A stretch of DNA of 64,000 nucleotides, from the NCBI GenBank assembly GCA_965112155.1, contig OZ218101.1; one strand, 5' to 3'. Below are positions 11,593-25,599 of this stretch, in pieces (within the stretch, counting starts at the first letter, position 1; each line of letters begins with the position of its first letter). The DNA is from Podarcis liolepis. Taxonomy: Eukaryota. The notes under the pieces are model-generated. The model ran no database searches and was not told the origin of the DNA. It worked only from the letters and a program-made list of their open reading frames with translations. The translations under genes and the position numbers were made by a program.

Positions 11593-12594
11593 CTGTGCCT
11601 GGGCCCATAATAGCGCTGACACAAAAATTTAGGTACGTTCAATAGTCATAACATGTCAGGAACAAAATATAGTCAGCCCAGATTTAACACCAACCCTCCC
11701 CCTGTACCACCCACCTCTCCACTGGACTATACAGAAGGTAAAAATGTTTATGACTGTATTTTCCATAGAAAAAATAGGGCTTATCCTAGAACTGGGGAAA
11801 AGCTTCTGACACATTTAGTTTCTGTTCATTTGCTTTGACATAACCCATGCATGGATGCCAGACTGCAGAGAAGTCCATTGGTTTAGCATTTCCTTTGGCA
11901 AGTTTTATGATGAACGTCAATTTTCCCACCATATCAATATGTCAAACTCTATGTAGCCACACATCGAAGTTTAAGGTATCTACCAGTTTCCAGTTTGGGG
12001 CTATCTCCACTCTAGCTGTCAATAGTAGTAAAGAAATTAAGGACTTGTATGTTGCATTTTCACCATCCCACACATTGAGAAGCGCAGAGACAAATGTGTG
12101 TTCTGTTTTGTGCAGTGTTATTTTTCTTGAAAAAGAGGTGCTGGAACTCACCATTAACACCTCCCTTGTTCTCTTATAATGGCAATGGAGCACACCTGAA
12201 AGGTGCCAGAACTGAGCTCTGGTGAGTTCCAGCTAAAAAAAAAGCACTGGTTTTGTAATAATCGTTTGTTGTTGTTTTTTTGGGGGGGAGGGTTGGAAAA
12301 TAATAGACCAATAAGAGATTTGTTGCTTTTCAGGCTGATTTAGAAGCTACAGATACTGCAAAATTCAGTGGTTCAACTGCTCCCTAGGATGGCATATTAT
12401 GCTATTGCTGAAAGAATTGAATGAAATAAGTGAAGTATTATTAATGATAATGACAATAAATACTGCTGCTAGCAGTTTACTTAGGGAGAAATTGAAGCTC
12501 GTGGTATGATTCAATCCCTAATATCTTGAGGTAGGCCTCAGAAAAGAATCCTCTCTAAAACCCTGGAGAGATTCTGCTAACTGGGTCAACAGTA

Positions 12595-13009
12595 CAGTGG
12601 TGCCCTGCAAGACGAAATTAATTCGTTCCGCAATTTTTGTCGTCTAGCGAATTTTTCGTCTTGCGAAGCACGAAATCCCATAGGAATGCATTGAAAATCA
12701 ATTAATGTGTTCCTATGGTCAAAAAAAGTCCAAACAAAGCCAAATTTGGTACAACAACAGTTTATTAACTGCTCTTTAAAGTCACACATACTGTAAAGAG
12801 CAGTTCAAAAATTGAAGGGAAAATAAATTAACTTTATAAACAAAACATGTCTTTGTTTTTAGACAAAGAAAACAAAGTCGCGAGACGTTTTCGTCTTGCG
12901 AAGCAAGCCCATAGGGAAATTCGTCTTGCGAGGCAAATCGAAAATGGAAAAACCTTTCGTCTAGCGAGTTTTTTGTCTTGCGAGGCATTCGTCTTGCGAG
13001 GTACCACTG
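12595..13009. mobile_element. Tc1/mariner(Tigger-like) MITE nested in a tRNA-derived SINE remnant (~12560-13065)
   Basis: TA|CAGTGGTGCC...GGTACCACTG|TA; repeated TCGTCTTGCGA subterminal motif; the flanks rejoin as CTGGGTCAACAGTA|CTGAGCTAGGCAGACCAGTGG. Confidence 0.85.
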
Positions 13010-15229
13010 TACTGAGCTAGGCAGACCAGTGGTCTGACTTGATATAAGACAGTTTCCCATGTTCCTTCCTAGGAAACTACTTCATCTATCAATTGGCCAG
13101 AAATTATATATAGTTACTTGCGAAGAATAATCAAATGTGACTTAAAACGCTGGAGGAAGGAGCCTCCTCTAGATTGGTGCCCTGTTAAATGTTTGAAAAT
13201 CTGTCTGGTTCCCAGTAGTAAAAGAGAGATAACAAGATGCAACTGGTTTAAAATGAGCCAGACAGCAAACCGAGGGAGAATGTGTAAGTCAACAGGGCAC
13301 AACTAGAACTGATTCATTCTGTTCTTTTCACAATCCAGATCTTTCCTAGGCACTCGGCATCTGATGGTTTGTATATCTCCTCCTCATTAAGTCTTCAGTG
13401 AGTCAGATAACTGCCCAGAGAAAGCACCTTTATTTGGCTCAGCTGTGCTAAGCTATGTTTGTTGCTGTGTACATGTTCTCAGTGGGACTTCAGGCTAGCA
13501 AAGCCAATGAGCTCAAGACAGGAGCAGCTGGAGCTCTCTTTCATTAAAGGCTAACTCTTATTATAGATCCTTCTTTGCCACTTCTTTCTTTCCTTTCCTC
13601 TAAAAGTATACCTTGGTCTCAGAATGCATTTTTGCACACACAAAGATATTCTGCATTTGTGGTAGACAATGGTTCTGTGACCCTGCTCTGTCTTTGCTTT
13701 TGAATTGGTAGGGTAATATGGAGCAGAAATAAATTAGGAATGATGCTCATGGAATATTTTCTGTTGAATATTCCAGTGGTATGTGAGCATTCCAGTGGTA
13801 TGGTTTAATAAAATTAGGAAAGCAGACAGTCACTAAGGATGCTATTTTTTTAATAATAAAAGACAACCAAGAATAAAAAAGTAGAAATGCAAAAAATGTC
13901 ACAGACATGGGAAAGATAATTGTCCACTCACAGCTACCTATGTCATATAGGCAAAACCCAATAGTTATACATAATACATACATCCCTCATTACACATTGC
14001 AGTCACAAGAAGCAACTGATGTGCCATTTGGGAGGAGAACCACATTTTGCTTCAGTCCAAAAGGGAATGAATGCAATGCATGAAAATGATTATAGTGCTA
14101 TAAGAGAAGAGCAACCTGAAGGACAATTTGTAGACTGTGTGCAGCAGCAAATAAGTAACTGTACACATACTGTATATAGGTTGAGAAATACATGCTTGAT
14201 TCTCATGCCAGCATCACCAGCAACTGAGTTCTGCCGGTACACAATATTCATAGCTCAGAGCAATGTTGCCACAGGAACAATGTCCTTGGTTTAACATATA
14301 TGGCCTTTCAGATATTATTTGGAGTGATGCTGGATCCAAGCATGGGTGTAAGTGGCAACTATGCCAACCCTGTAACATCTGAACCAGTCCTTTAAAGCCT
14401 CAAGATGGTTTTCTGGACATAGTCAACAGCCTGAAATTACAAGTCACAGACCTGGCCTGCCCACCAAAAATAATTTCTTCAGACACCCATAGTGCAGGCA
14501 TATGGAATCTACTTTCATTTTAAGGATACATAGTCCTATCCCTAATTTCCTTGTGAAGGTCCCAGGATGCAGCTATCAGCCACAAAAAAGAAGTACTTCT
14601 CCCCTCACAGGGAGCGTAGTCAGCATATAAGTGAGCAACCCATACCAAAAAAAAGATGGCATGAACCTGGTTTGGTTTGCATTCATCCACAGAACACAAC
14701 ATTAGCAATTCAGCTATCACACCTTTAAAAAATAAAATGTAAGTGAGCAATCCTATATCAATGCTGTACCGTTTCTGCAAGCAAAACTGTGTCTTCTGTA
14801 CCACTCATTTTAAAAGCATCTTTTGTCATTTACAAAACATTTAATATACTTTTTTATAGAAGCAGCAAATTAATGGAATGAAATTTTACATTTAATCAGA
14901 GCCTCTGGAGAGAATCTATTGCCACTAACCTGGTCTAAAATTAAATATCCTAATGTGCAATCTGTCATAATCACTGCAAATGTTAATAATAATGGCTGCA
15001 TATGAATGTCAAACAACAAGATATGGCTGAATGAGGAATGGTTACAACTGGCAGCCTGACAGGAAAAAAAGTTATACAAACCTTCATGGCTAAAAATTTG
15101 CATTTTCTATTTCAGTGGCAGGCTTTTTTTCTGCATCTCTGTATATACCATTAATTCCTATGAAAGATTATTAGCCATTTCAAACCTACAATCATGAGAA
15201 AAGCCATTCTTTGTCAAAAAAAATAGTCC

Positions 15230-15715
15230 ATTAATGGTGACATCTAGCTCAATCATTCCCAGCGTCCAGTATCAGCATGGAGGAAGCACAAGGTATCCGT
15301 CGTCCAATGGATATTGCTTCGCTGAGTATACAGATCAGAATCCTGCTAAGTCAGAAACACTGTGGGTGAGTGGTCCGATAACTGAGGAATCTGCCTGTTC
15401 TAGATGGAGTTGCACTCCCTCTGAAAGAATACATGGGCTCCTGGAACCATATTTGTTCATGGAGATCCAAGTGGCCTCTGAGATGAAGACCACCTATCAC
15501 CAACTTTGGCTGGTACATCAACTGCACCCTTTCCTGGACAGGGATAATCTGCCCACACATTAGTAACCTCATGTCTCGACTATTGTAATGCACTTTATGT
15601 GTGGCTACCCTAGGAGCAGGTCCGAAGGCTGTAGTTGGTGAAGAATGCTACAGCCCAAGTGGTGAATGGTGCTTCTCACTGGACAACTATCAAGCAGTGC
15701 TGAGGGATGTGAAAC
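15230..15715 (+). mobile_element. Decayed L2 LINE ORF2 (RT C-terminal) fragment
   Basis: QLWLVHQLHPFLDRDNL then frameshifted SRL.CNALYV.LPL, matching the L2 motif QLRLxRQLRPYL..SRLDYCNALYxGLP. Confidence 0.75.
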
Positions 15716-18700
15716 CCGGTATCCAGATATACTAGCCCAAAGGTTTTCAACCTTTTTGGGTCCACGGCTCCCTTGACCAACTACATTCTTTCTACGGCAC
15801 CCCTGTGGGGCTCAGGAGCCCAGTTATGCCACCCCTTTCCTGAGAAGCCGGCAGCCCCTCACCCCTTTTCAAACACCCTCCCTTGTGGAGAGTTCCCTTG
15901 TGCAGAGACCATGTATAGATGATTCTTTCTATTTCAGTTTTCCCCAGTTTCTTATTTTTCCAGCCTTAAGATCTGTTTGCCTCATTTCCACATTGGTTTG
16001 CATTTAAAAAACAAAATATTATTGTGTGCATCACTCCAAGACATACAGTTTTGTGCAAAATTTGCCTATTATATGTTTTTCAAGTGTTTTCTTCAATATA
16101 ATTCATTTTGCATTTTTATGGAGACTTCTCCCTAATCTATGTAGTGTGTGTGTGTAAATGTTTCAGTTGCAACTGAATTGCAACTGAATTTTAGTTGCGA
16201 TTCAGTTCACTTATTGGTTCTGAAACTGTGATTAGGTAGGTTTGCATTGAAATGTGACCCAAACAAATTCCGCCCCCCTCCTTACTTGAGTCCATTAAAA
16301 TCATAGTCTGAAAGCCAAGAAACTATAATTACACTTTCAAAAATTATTTGGCAACATTAAACAGAATCCACACAGAGTGAAATGGTGGAATAGTTTGAGA
16401 GTAGACAGGTATCAACAGGCGAACTTGGTTCAAAAACTCCAGCCACCAGAAAACTAGGACAGAATTAATTTGATTCAGATCATAAGAGACTGGCCAGCAA
16501 TCAACTGACCCACCTAAATGTGAGCCAGATGCTTACAACTGAGATGGGGCCATCAAGATTTTTCCAGCATCCCTTTCAGGAGAGAATGAATTCATTTGGC
16601 TGGGTGAGTACATGCTTGTGCCATTATCCAACAAAAAATCATATGGCAAAAAACATCCAATGAAGGTTGGAGAAAAGTCTATGTAGGCTACCTGCCAATA
16701 TGGGCTGGGAGCCAAAAAAAAAAAAAAAAAAGAGGCTGAGAGATCTCTGATGGAACCAGTAAAATGGGAAAGATCTTATTTATCCAGGATTTCCAAATTG
16801 ACTGAATAATAGCAGTATCTGTTCCTGGCCCTGCAAAATTAGTAGGCATCATACTTTGAGGTCTCCCAGCACACCAATGTTATTTTATACCTGATAGTTC
16901 CAGAAATCATGGGCAACTGCCCTCAGTCCTGTGGGCAAAATAAGTCACCCTCTATCTTTCCACCTAGTCCTTTGGATGATGATGATAAAAATTTCTATAC
17001 TACCCTTCATCCGAGGTTCACAGGGCAGTTTACAATATACAACTCCAGGGTGACCACCCATGCTCCATTCCCTTTCCTATTCAGGGTGGCCATGTGTCCT
17101 ACTTTGCAGAAGGCAATCCTCTATTGGAAGGTCCAAGTCAGGAGAAGATTTTTTTGAATTTCCCACAAAGCTACAACGGGGAACAGCTTGCACCTGTTGT
17201 CCACTGCCACTGCCTAAGCTGACCGGCCATTGGCACCTGCTAAGAGAGGAGGAAGACCACCAGAGTCTTCTTTGCCAACAGCCACTCAAACCTGGAGTTG
17301 TTCACGATCTGACTAGGCAGCACTTTAGATGGATGAAACACACTACTAGGTAATTCAATGCTGGCAATGTGTCGCAGGGGAAGAATTTTCTACCCCACAT
17401 TGCCAGCTGCTTTCTTTCACTCCCAGATCTGAGATACAAAGCCTTTCTAATCCCTGTGTAATTCTTTTAAGGCATCCAACCTCTCCGCCTCTTGGGTTAT
17501 GTACTAACAAAGATAAGTGAATTTGATGAGACAACAGAGTGACAGTAGTTGGCAGACACCGGCTTAAAATAAATCTGTCCCATTTTATTTTGCTTACTAC
17601 TTATTACATCATGCAGACATCATGCTGCTGCTTCCTAACACCGCAGCTACGCTGGGCCACAAATACTGTATGCTCACCACAAACAAAGGGCTCATTTTTT
17701 TGTCACAGCCTTCAAGCATCCTAACATGCAGTTTAGGCTGAACAGAAGAAGGCAAACAGAAGCAATTTAGTCCAACTACTTGACATATTACAAGTAACAA
17801 ACAAAATGAGCACCGTAAGGTGTATATTATTATTAATACCACTCTTCACTGAACTTATGTGTTGCTTGCTACACACAAGAGGTATCCAAGTGACCTACAA
17901 AAATGCAAAATTAGTAAATAAAAAGAAAATATTACAGTAAAACATATAAAAATGCATAAAAGATCCACATACAAAAACAACAATAGTACATTTTAAAAGC
18001 AAAAAAAAAAAAGATAAAAAGATTTTAAAAATTATAGCTCAGATCACATTTGATTATTCCACAGCAACATCTATATTTCTAGTTCACATAAGGTATTCAA
18101 ATAAATGAAGTATAACAATGCTCTTCAGATGCACTGTTGTGCGTTTTTGAAATTTAAACTCGAGTTGCTTCTACACTTGAACTTTTCTCCATTCAGGAAG
18201 ATGAGGGTGATGACATCAGGTGATTGGCAGGCCCCATCCACCTGTCAAACCTGGCCCACAGTGGGTAGAGGAAGTAAGGATCCAGCCTTCCAGCTGGATC
18301 CAGTTCTCCATCCCTGTGATGGTGGAGAATCAGCATCTCAGTGGCAGCTAAGGGCCCAAGTAGAGAGGAGTTTGCATACATTCTGGGGCCGGCCTTTGAC
18401 CCTTGTTGTGAATTCCATTCCCATCTTCCAAAACCTCCCCCTCCTTCATTAAAACCATAAACAGCATCCCTGTTGAGCATTTTAATAAATTTTGTCCATT
18501 ATCCTTGTTAACGATGTAGTATTAATAGGACCTGAACCCTTGACAAATGAACATATGTACATGTTGAGCTGGAAAGCCTTTCTCTTATTTATTTCTTATT
18601 TAAATAAATAATATTTATTCATAGCCTTTATACTGTATGCACTTAGTCAGGCTTATTGAATTCACTGGGACTAGCTTCCAAGTAGACGTGGGTCAGATTT

Positions 18701-19184
18701 CACTCTTACTGGTCATTGCTGCATGACAATAAGCCAGCAAGGCTTATTGTTCTTACCGCTTTCCTTGAGATTCAGCCACTAGGCTCTACCATAAAATTAA
18801 TTCAGTGGGTAATGGATGGTGCTCATTCTCTAGTTCTTAATGGGTTTCTTAAATGCATGGCAGATAATGGGGGCAATCTTGCACTTCATGCACACACGCT
18901 TCTCAATCTGGATATTTTCTTTATAAATAAAATATGATTGGAGACTGAGCATCTTTCCAAAATGCTATAAGCAGTTTGGGAGGGTTAAGGTTATGCTAGG
19001 AGAACAATAAGGGCTTTCCATTGTGTTTTTGGACTTCGTTAATCTTACTCAATCTCACGCTGCTAGAGATGTTTTAATGTTGTATTCCCTGAGATTTTGG
19101 GATGGAATGGAAAGAAAAGAAATAAAGAAGGGTAGGAGTCTGTTGAATGTGCGGGTTGCCATTTGATTGGATTTTATTCTGATC

Positions 19185-19318
19185 CTGATCTGATTTTAGG
19201 ATGTATTTTAATTGATTGCCTGATTTTATGTTAATGTGTTATACATTTGATGTTAGCCGCTCTGAGCCCAGTTTTGGCCGGGGGGGGGGATAAATTATTA
19301 TTATTATTATTATTATTA
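19185..19318 (+). mobile_element. L2 LINE 3' tail with (ATT)n
   Basis: GATGTTAGCCGCTCTGAGCCC...GGGATAAATTATTATT. Confidence 0.6.
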
Positions 19319-22018
19319 AGCTTTCACAAAATGTAAAACTTAAAGGCTTTGCATACTGAGATTCCCCACCACCACCAGATTATTGGATATAGTCATTCAG
19401 TGTTGAGATCCTAGCTCCTATGCACTGCTTTGCATATGTAGACAGAATTAGGTTTACTGTGCAAGAATTTTTAAAAAGGCAACCCTAGCAGGATATAAGC
19501 AATGTCTCAAACATATCTGGAAAGTATTTTCAGGTTTTGTATGCTTTCCCACACAATAACACCACAATTCTCCCTACCTCCCCCTAAGAAAGGTGCAAAC
19601 TTTTAAACCCATCTCTTATAGATCAAACAATGGCTCTAGGAAGCAGAATCCACAAGGCTCTCTCTTACTACTCACATTAGGTGGCTACATTAAGAGCTGC
19701 GAAATTCTATAGTGAAAGAGTTCAAAGCCATAAATCACAGAAATTAGTAATTTAAAGGGCCTCTTTGCACCTCTAGTCTCCCTGTGGGCATTCTGCAATA
19801 AATCTCTGTTCTGCTCATATCCTTTGTCTTCTCAGGCTGTAAATATCCTCAGGAAAAAAAAAGTGATTCCATCACTTCCCCTGGGAGTCTCGCTTCTAGT
19901 CTAATAGCTAGTATTGTCATTCATTTTGCTTCTGATATTTGGTCTAATATTCACTGTCAGATTCACAGGGCTGCCAGCAATATGTCACGAGCCTTTCACA
20001 AATTTGTGTTTGGAGGCTGAATGGGAGGTTACTGCTATTATGCTGCCAAAATGCATAATGATGTGTTCTTTATAATCTGGCATTCTGAGAATAAGGGCTG
20101 GGTACAAAGATCAGACAGCAGAGGACACCCAAAACTCCCAATCTACAGCTAGCTCACTATATTTAAACAAGGAGCTAGCTCAAATAGATGCTGTGGGGCA
20201 AAGGGAGAAGGAGCAGCCTTGCTAAATCACACAAGACCAATGTCTTGTTTAGGACCTGGTCTTCCAGAAGTTGTTGGACAGCCATTGGACATTCCAACTG
20301 TGACTAATGGGAGTTGTAGTCCAAAACATCTGGCTATTGAGGGCATCATGCTGGGAGACACTGTGTTAAAGTAAGGTCCTCTGTAGCAAGGATCCAGTTT
20401 TGTACATGTAACTTCCCTGCAAGGGTAAGAACTCTGTGCAAGTGACTTCATGGCTGACTGGCAATATCAACTTGGGTCTTTCTCTGCTCCATCTTCAGAC
20501 CTGTTTTGTACATTGCATTGTATAAGCAGTGTTACTGATGTTAACATAATGACACTTCAGGTGAACAAACAAAACATCCTTCTTTGAAGGAATCACTTTT
20601 AGATTACACATTCTTAAACCTAGAGGGTATTTTATACAATTTCCGTTTTCTATTGACTGTTGCAAGATTGCAGGAAGAATAGAACCTGCTTATTACTTTG
20701 TTAATAGAAAAGGATGCATTATGGCTCTGTAATCAGGCTTTCTGGGAGTGAAAAAAGTTATTATAATGCTTGGTAGATAATAGCCAGCACTGATTTCTCC
20801 TTTGCTGATCTCCCGATTTGTCATACCAAAATTATCATGGATCAAAACAGAGCAAGTTGGTTGTTATTTATCATAAAAGTGATGAAGTGATATTATCAGT
20901 TGGTAAATCTCTGGAACTGAGAAAAATATGCTTTGGCGGCATTCTTGCACATAAATGGCAGAGAAAATGAACAATCAGTTTAGCTAGCAGCTTCTAGGCT
21001 TTCAATTTGTCTCCCCGGCAAACAGAAAGGTCCCTCCTGGCTTCCCCCACCCTCACCCCTGTTATTCTTGTCTTTTATTTTTAGCTGATCTGAATGCTCA
21101 CCTTAAGGATAGAACTGGATAGAACCCATTTAAATCAATACATCCTGCTCACATATATGACAGTGCTAATTTCACGAAAATAAGCAGCAAGCACAAAGAG
21201 CAAGTACACTGAATATACAGCACTTTGGACAATGAGGACTGGGACTCTGGAGAGGAAGGTGTATTAGTCTACCTTTGCATATATAACCTTAGCTTTCAGG
21301 TGAATTTAGTAACAGACTTTTGAGAACTGCTTGGTCTGCAATCTGCCCCAAGAGAACAAGGCTGTGGTAACATGAGCCGGCAAATAAATAAACCCTGAAT
21401 TAGATGTGCTAGATATATGCAGCTTAGATTCAACTTCAACCCACCAGAAGTGCAGCCGTTTGCACCCCTCAGTTAGCCACTCCAAAGAGTTCCTCTTGCG
21501 GTGGTTTTTTTTCAGCGGACATAGGGTTGAGGGATGCTGGGAAATAGGGTCAAATGCACACACACACACACCCAGATAAACAGAAACACTTGCTCTGATT
21601 TTGGGTCCAAGTCATGAAGAACACCACTTTGCAAAGAATCTGAGAGACACTCCGGTCAGGATTACTTTTCACCAATTCAAAAGCACTGAGCAGATGCTAT
21701 GCCTCATCAGCTGCAGTGCCTTTTGTCTGAAGGACAGAGACAGCAGTGTAGGTGCAGAAACTAGCCCACCATACAAAGGTAAAATTCACATTCATTGCTT
21801 TACTGGCTCCGGCCCTGCCAATCAATGGTATGTGGCCCCCAGAAGGTTCTGCGGCCCTCAGGCTGCAAAGTGTTTCCCCTCTCCGCACTGCAGAATGCAA
21901 CCTTGGGCAAGCCTACAGCAACTCTGCCCCCTGCAGAATCTAGGGTGACTTGTTGACAAGCAAGAGAGCCTTGCTCTCATGATGCTTGTTGTCCTTGTAT
22001 CATGATTAGCCCTGCATA

Positions 22019-22356
22019 CTGTGGGTTAAACCACAGAGCATAGGACTTGCTGATCAGAAGGTCGGCGGTTCGAATCCCCACGACGGGGTGAGCTCCCGTT
22101 GCTCGGTCCCTGCTCCTGCCAACCTAGCAGTTCGAAAGCATGCCAAAGTGCAAGTAGATAAATAGGTACCGCTCTGGCGGGAAGGTAAACGGCGTTTCCA
22201 TGTGCTGCTCTGGTTCGCTAGAAGTGGCTTAGTCATGCTGGCCACATGACCCGGAAGCTGTATGCCGGCTCCCTCGGCCAATAAAGCGAGATGAGCGCTG
22301 CAACCCCAGAGGCGTCCGCGACTGGACCTAATGGTCAGGGGTCCCTTTACCTTTAC
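22019..22356 (+). mobile_element. Sauria SINE (lacertid type)
   Basis: tRNA-like head with B box GGTTCGAATCC, body GCCAACCTAGCAGTTCGAAAGCA, (CCTTTA)n tail. Confidence 0.93.
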
Positions 22357-23510
22357 TTAGGCTTGGTCCTTGTCCTTGTGGCCTTTTGACCCCACCTTCC
22401 TCTCACTCCCTGGATCCCATGGCCTGCTTTGCTCCATTTCCTGTCTGCTACTAGAAGCCATCTTACTCCAGTTCATCCCTTAGTTGTGCATATGGACTTG
22501 AATCTAGTAATGAGAAAGAAGCCCAATGGACCATTTGCTAGCTTTCTGACCTTGTCCTTATCTCAAAGCACCCTGAACTGCCACCCCAGTGGAGAGGAGC
22601 TTGGTAATAAGCCGGGCCTAACTGCGACTAATGCACTAGTCTTATTACGATTCTGACTTTAAAATGTTTTAAAAGGCACAGATAATTGTAGAAAGCCTAG
22701 AAGATGGATTTTAAAAGAAACTCATTAATTTTCATCTTTTGGCCTTTGTTGAGGTAATTGTCATTACCGGCTGTTCACAAAGGCTGCCTAAAATACAATT
22801 TTCTTTCGCTGGTTGTAAATTCACCTGCCTCCAGTTTCCATGGCTGACCTGTGTTCTAGTTCCTAAACTGCCTTATATAATGACCGATTTGTCTGGTTGG
22901 GCTTTCTCCCTTATGCTGCTTCTTCCTCCAGCATATTAACCATGTCATTTATATACTGTCGCTCCATTTGTGGACTTTTCTCCATTTATCAGTTTCCTTC
23001 TCTAGGGGCTTGCAACCAAATGTCAGCATGATAGCTTTGAGAAAGAGAAGAAAAAGTTATCTAGAACGCTGCTGTGTTGAAATGCCTTGCAGTCCGAAAT
23101 ACAATAGATGTTATTTTCCTGTGTCTTATGCCTATTTCTAAGTTTCGACTTTGCATATGCTCAGGGGGCTGTTTAAGTGAGTCTCTCAATGTTTTGTAAA
23201 GGTCCTTCAGACTGTTTCACTCAAAGCATATAGAAGACTCTTGTTCGCATGCAAATCCTACCAGCTTATCGTTCAGTGGTGGTTTATTCCGAGAGAGAGA
23301 GAACAGGGGTTGGATCCCAAAGAAATATATCTTCTTAAACCAATTTGTATCAATGGTACTTACATTGCTCTTTGCATCCTACAGTTTACATGTCTACAGC
23401 TTGAAAGCAAAGCCTACCTTTTAAAAATGGCTCTCCTTCACATTCTTGCCTGCCTTGACACTTACAAAGCAATACATTCTGAACAGCATTCTAAGGGCAA
23501 TTTCTAAGAA

Positions 23511-23888
23511 TGGGGGATAAAGTCTATTCAGTTCACATTTGAAGGTGAACCTATCTAATTTGCATATCCCAAAACAATATGTGAACAACTATCCTTCAAA
23601 ATTCACTCTTCTGTGAATTTTGTGGTGCACTTTCTAACCAACTGATGTTTTCAAAAATCCATATTCCAGGAGAAAGTGTGCATGAATGAATATATTAGTG
23701 AAAAAATGCATACCAAAAATGCATTATATCAAGGGGAAATGCTTGTAAAATATGTATATTCAGCAAAACAACATACAAAAATGTGAACACTAGGCGAAAT
23801 ATGCATTAAAATGAGGATGAATTTTCACGAGGACCTGAAAAGTGTAAACCTGAAAGAAATCAAAATTGACAGATTTGTCCATCCCTAG
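23511..23888. mobile_element. AT-rich non-autonomous DNA transposon (hAT-like); related decayed copies at ~3380-3660, ~15905-16285, ~40030-40420
   Basis: Ends CCATCCCTAG; shared ATTCAGTTCAC / AAAATGCAT blocks among copies. Confidence 0.5.
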
Positions 23889-25599
23889 CCATTTCTCATG
23901 CTACCATTAGCACACAGAGAATTTCTGAAACTGTCTTTAGGTTGTAACTGCCCCATATGATTAGCTATTCCTGTGCTCAAGTATATATTGAACGCCTACA
24001 TGGCTTGGATCAAGGTCTTTCCATTGGTGGTATTCATACCACCAGTTGAAAAGATACAGTTAAGCTTTATTCGGCCACCCAATGCTACTTGTCTCTTGCT
24101 TGCAGACAAACAGCAAAGCAAGGGCTAATTACATGGTGTGCAATGACATACCGTAGTTTGCCATAGAGAACAGCTGCTCCATGGCAACAATTTAAATAGT
24201 GTCCTTGAGGCAGCCATTTTGTGAGAAGAAGCATTTCTGGTACTTGTGAAGCTGTCTTTTGTTTGTCTGTTTCTCTAGCGATTTTCTATATCTATTTGGC
24301 CACAGACCACACTTATCTCTTTGTTAAAAGATAAATGAACTAGTGTTGTGCCCAGATCTGCCCCCTGGTCTCTTGAAACTTTCCTTCCCTCATGAAAGGG
24401 GCTTCCCTTTTTCTGCCTCATTTTTGGTGGGTGTAGGGACTTGAGCTCATCTTGTCATTTCAAGGGGGTCTATAAGCATTTTTCCAGTACCTCTGTCATC
24501 TCCCTGGGAACCTGCACTTCCTGAGCTGGGGAGGAGGAATGTTGGAAGAGTTACAACACAATGTCTTCACCCAATCTTGAGGTGTGGACCTCTGGGAAGG
24601 CTGCAAAGTGCGGACCAGACTGGTGTGATGATTTGTAGACTAAAAGAAAGGACACTCACAAACACTCTTTATCCATCTCAACAGTAAGGTAAGCACAACA
24701 GCAGCATCAAAAGCCCACCATAGCCCACTCCACCCATGGTAATTTCACCATCATATTAATTTACACTTCCATAATTTTTTAATGCAATTCTCTTCCTCAC
24801 AGATGCATGGAGAATCATCCGGGGGGGAGCAGGAGGCAGCAGAAATGTTTGCCACAGCTCTAATATGAACTTTGCTTCTGCTAGATTTCTTCAGCAAATT
24901 TGCTAAAGGTAAGTGCACAATACTTCCTTGGAAGGAAAAGTTGTCATGCATTGACACAAGCATAGAACTGCTATTTTTATCCTCTTTATCAACCAACTGC
25001 TACTTCCAAGTCAATGACTTAGGACCACTGCTTTAGGAAGCAGACATCAAACCACTGCTGCTGCCCTATTTCCATTAATTTCAGTGGCCTCTGTCCCAGT
25101 GAAAGCCACAGCAGCATGACTGGTGGATGCACAAGAAGAGTGTTTGTTGGACTGCCTTATGAACCCTTTACCTGCAAAGGTCTTCCAATGCATATGGAAC
25201 ATGCAGTTCTCACAATCCTCAAAGGGCTAGTGAAATCATTTTGAGTCATCAGCAAATTTCAACGAATTGCTGTTCATATCCTTTTTCAACTCATTAATAT
25301 ATTAAATACCCTTGGGTTAGGAGAAAACCCCATGGGCACCTTGCTATTAACCTCTCTCAGTTCTGAGTCATCCTTTTACTACAAGTTTGTTCCCTCCTGT
25401 TTATTATGTTTCCAATCTACAGCAAAGCTTTGCCCTTTAGGCCTGGGCTATTTGCTTTCCCCTCATTACCTAAAAATGAGCAATTTTTCCAATATGGCTG
25501 TTTGTTTCGCTACAGAATAACATCTCAGAGGTTTGATCTCCCAAATGCATATTATATATAAATCTGTGTAACAAAGCCCTTGCAGTTTTAAAATGAAAA

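Noticed and set aside
12595-13009. CRISPR-like repeated 11-mers
   Set aside because: Irregular spacing, short units, inside a TA-flanked eukaryotic MITE
22019-22090. tRNA gene (A/B boxes)
   Set aside because: Head of a Sauria SINE; no complete cloverleaf
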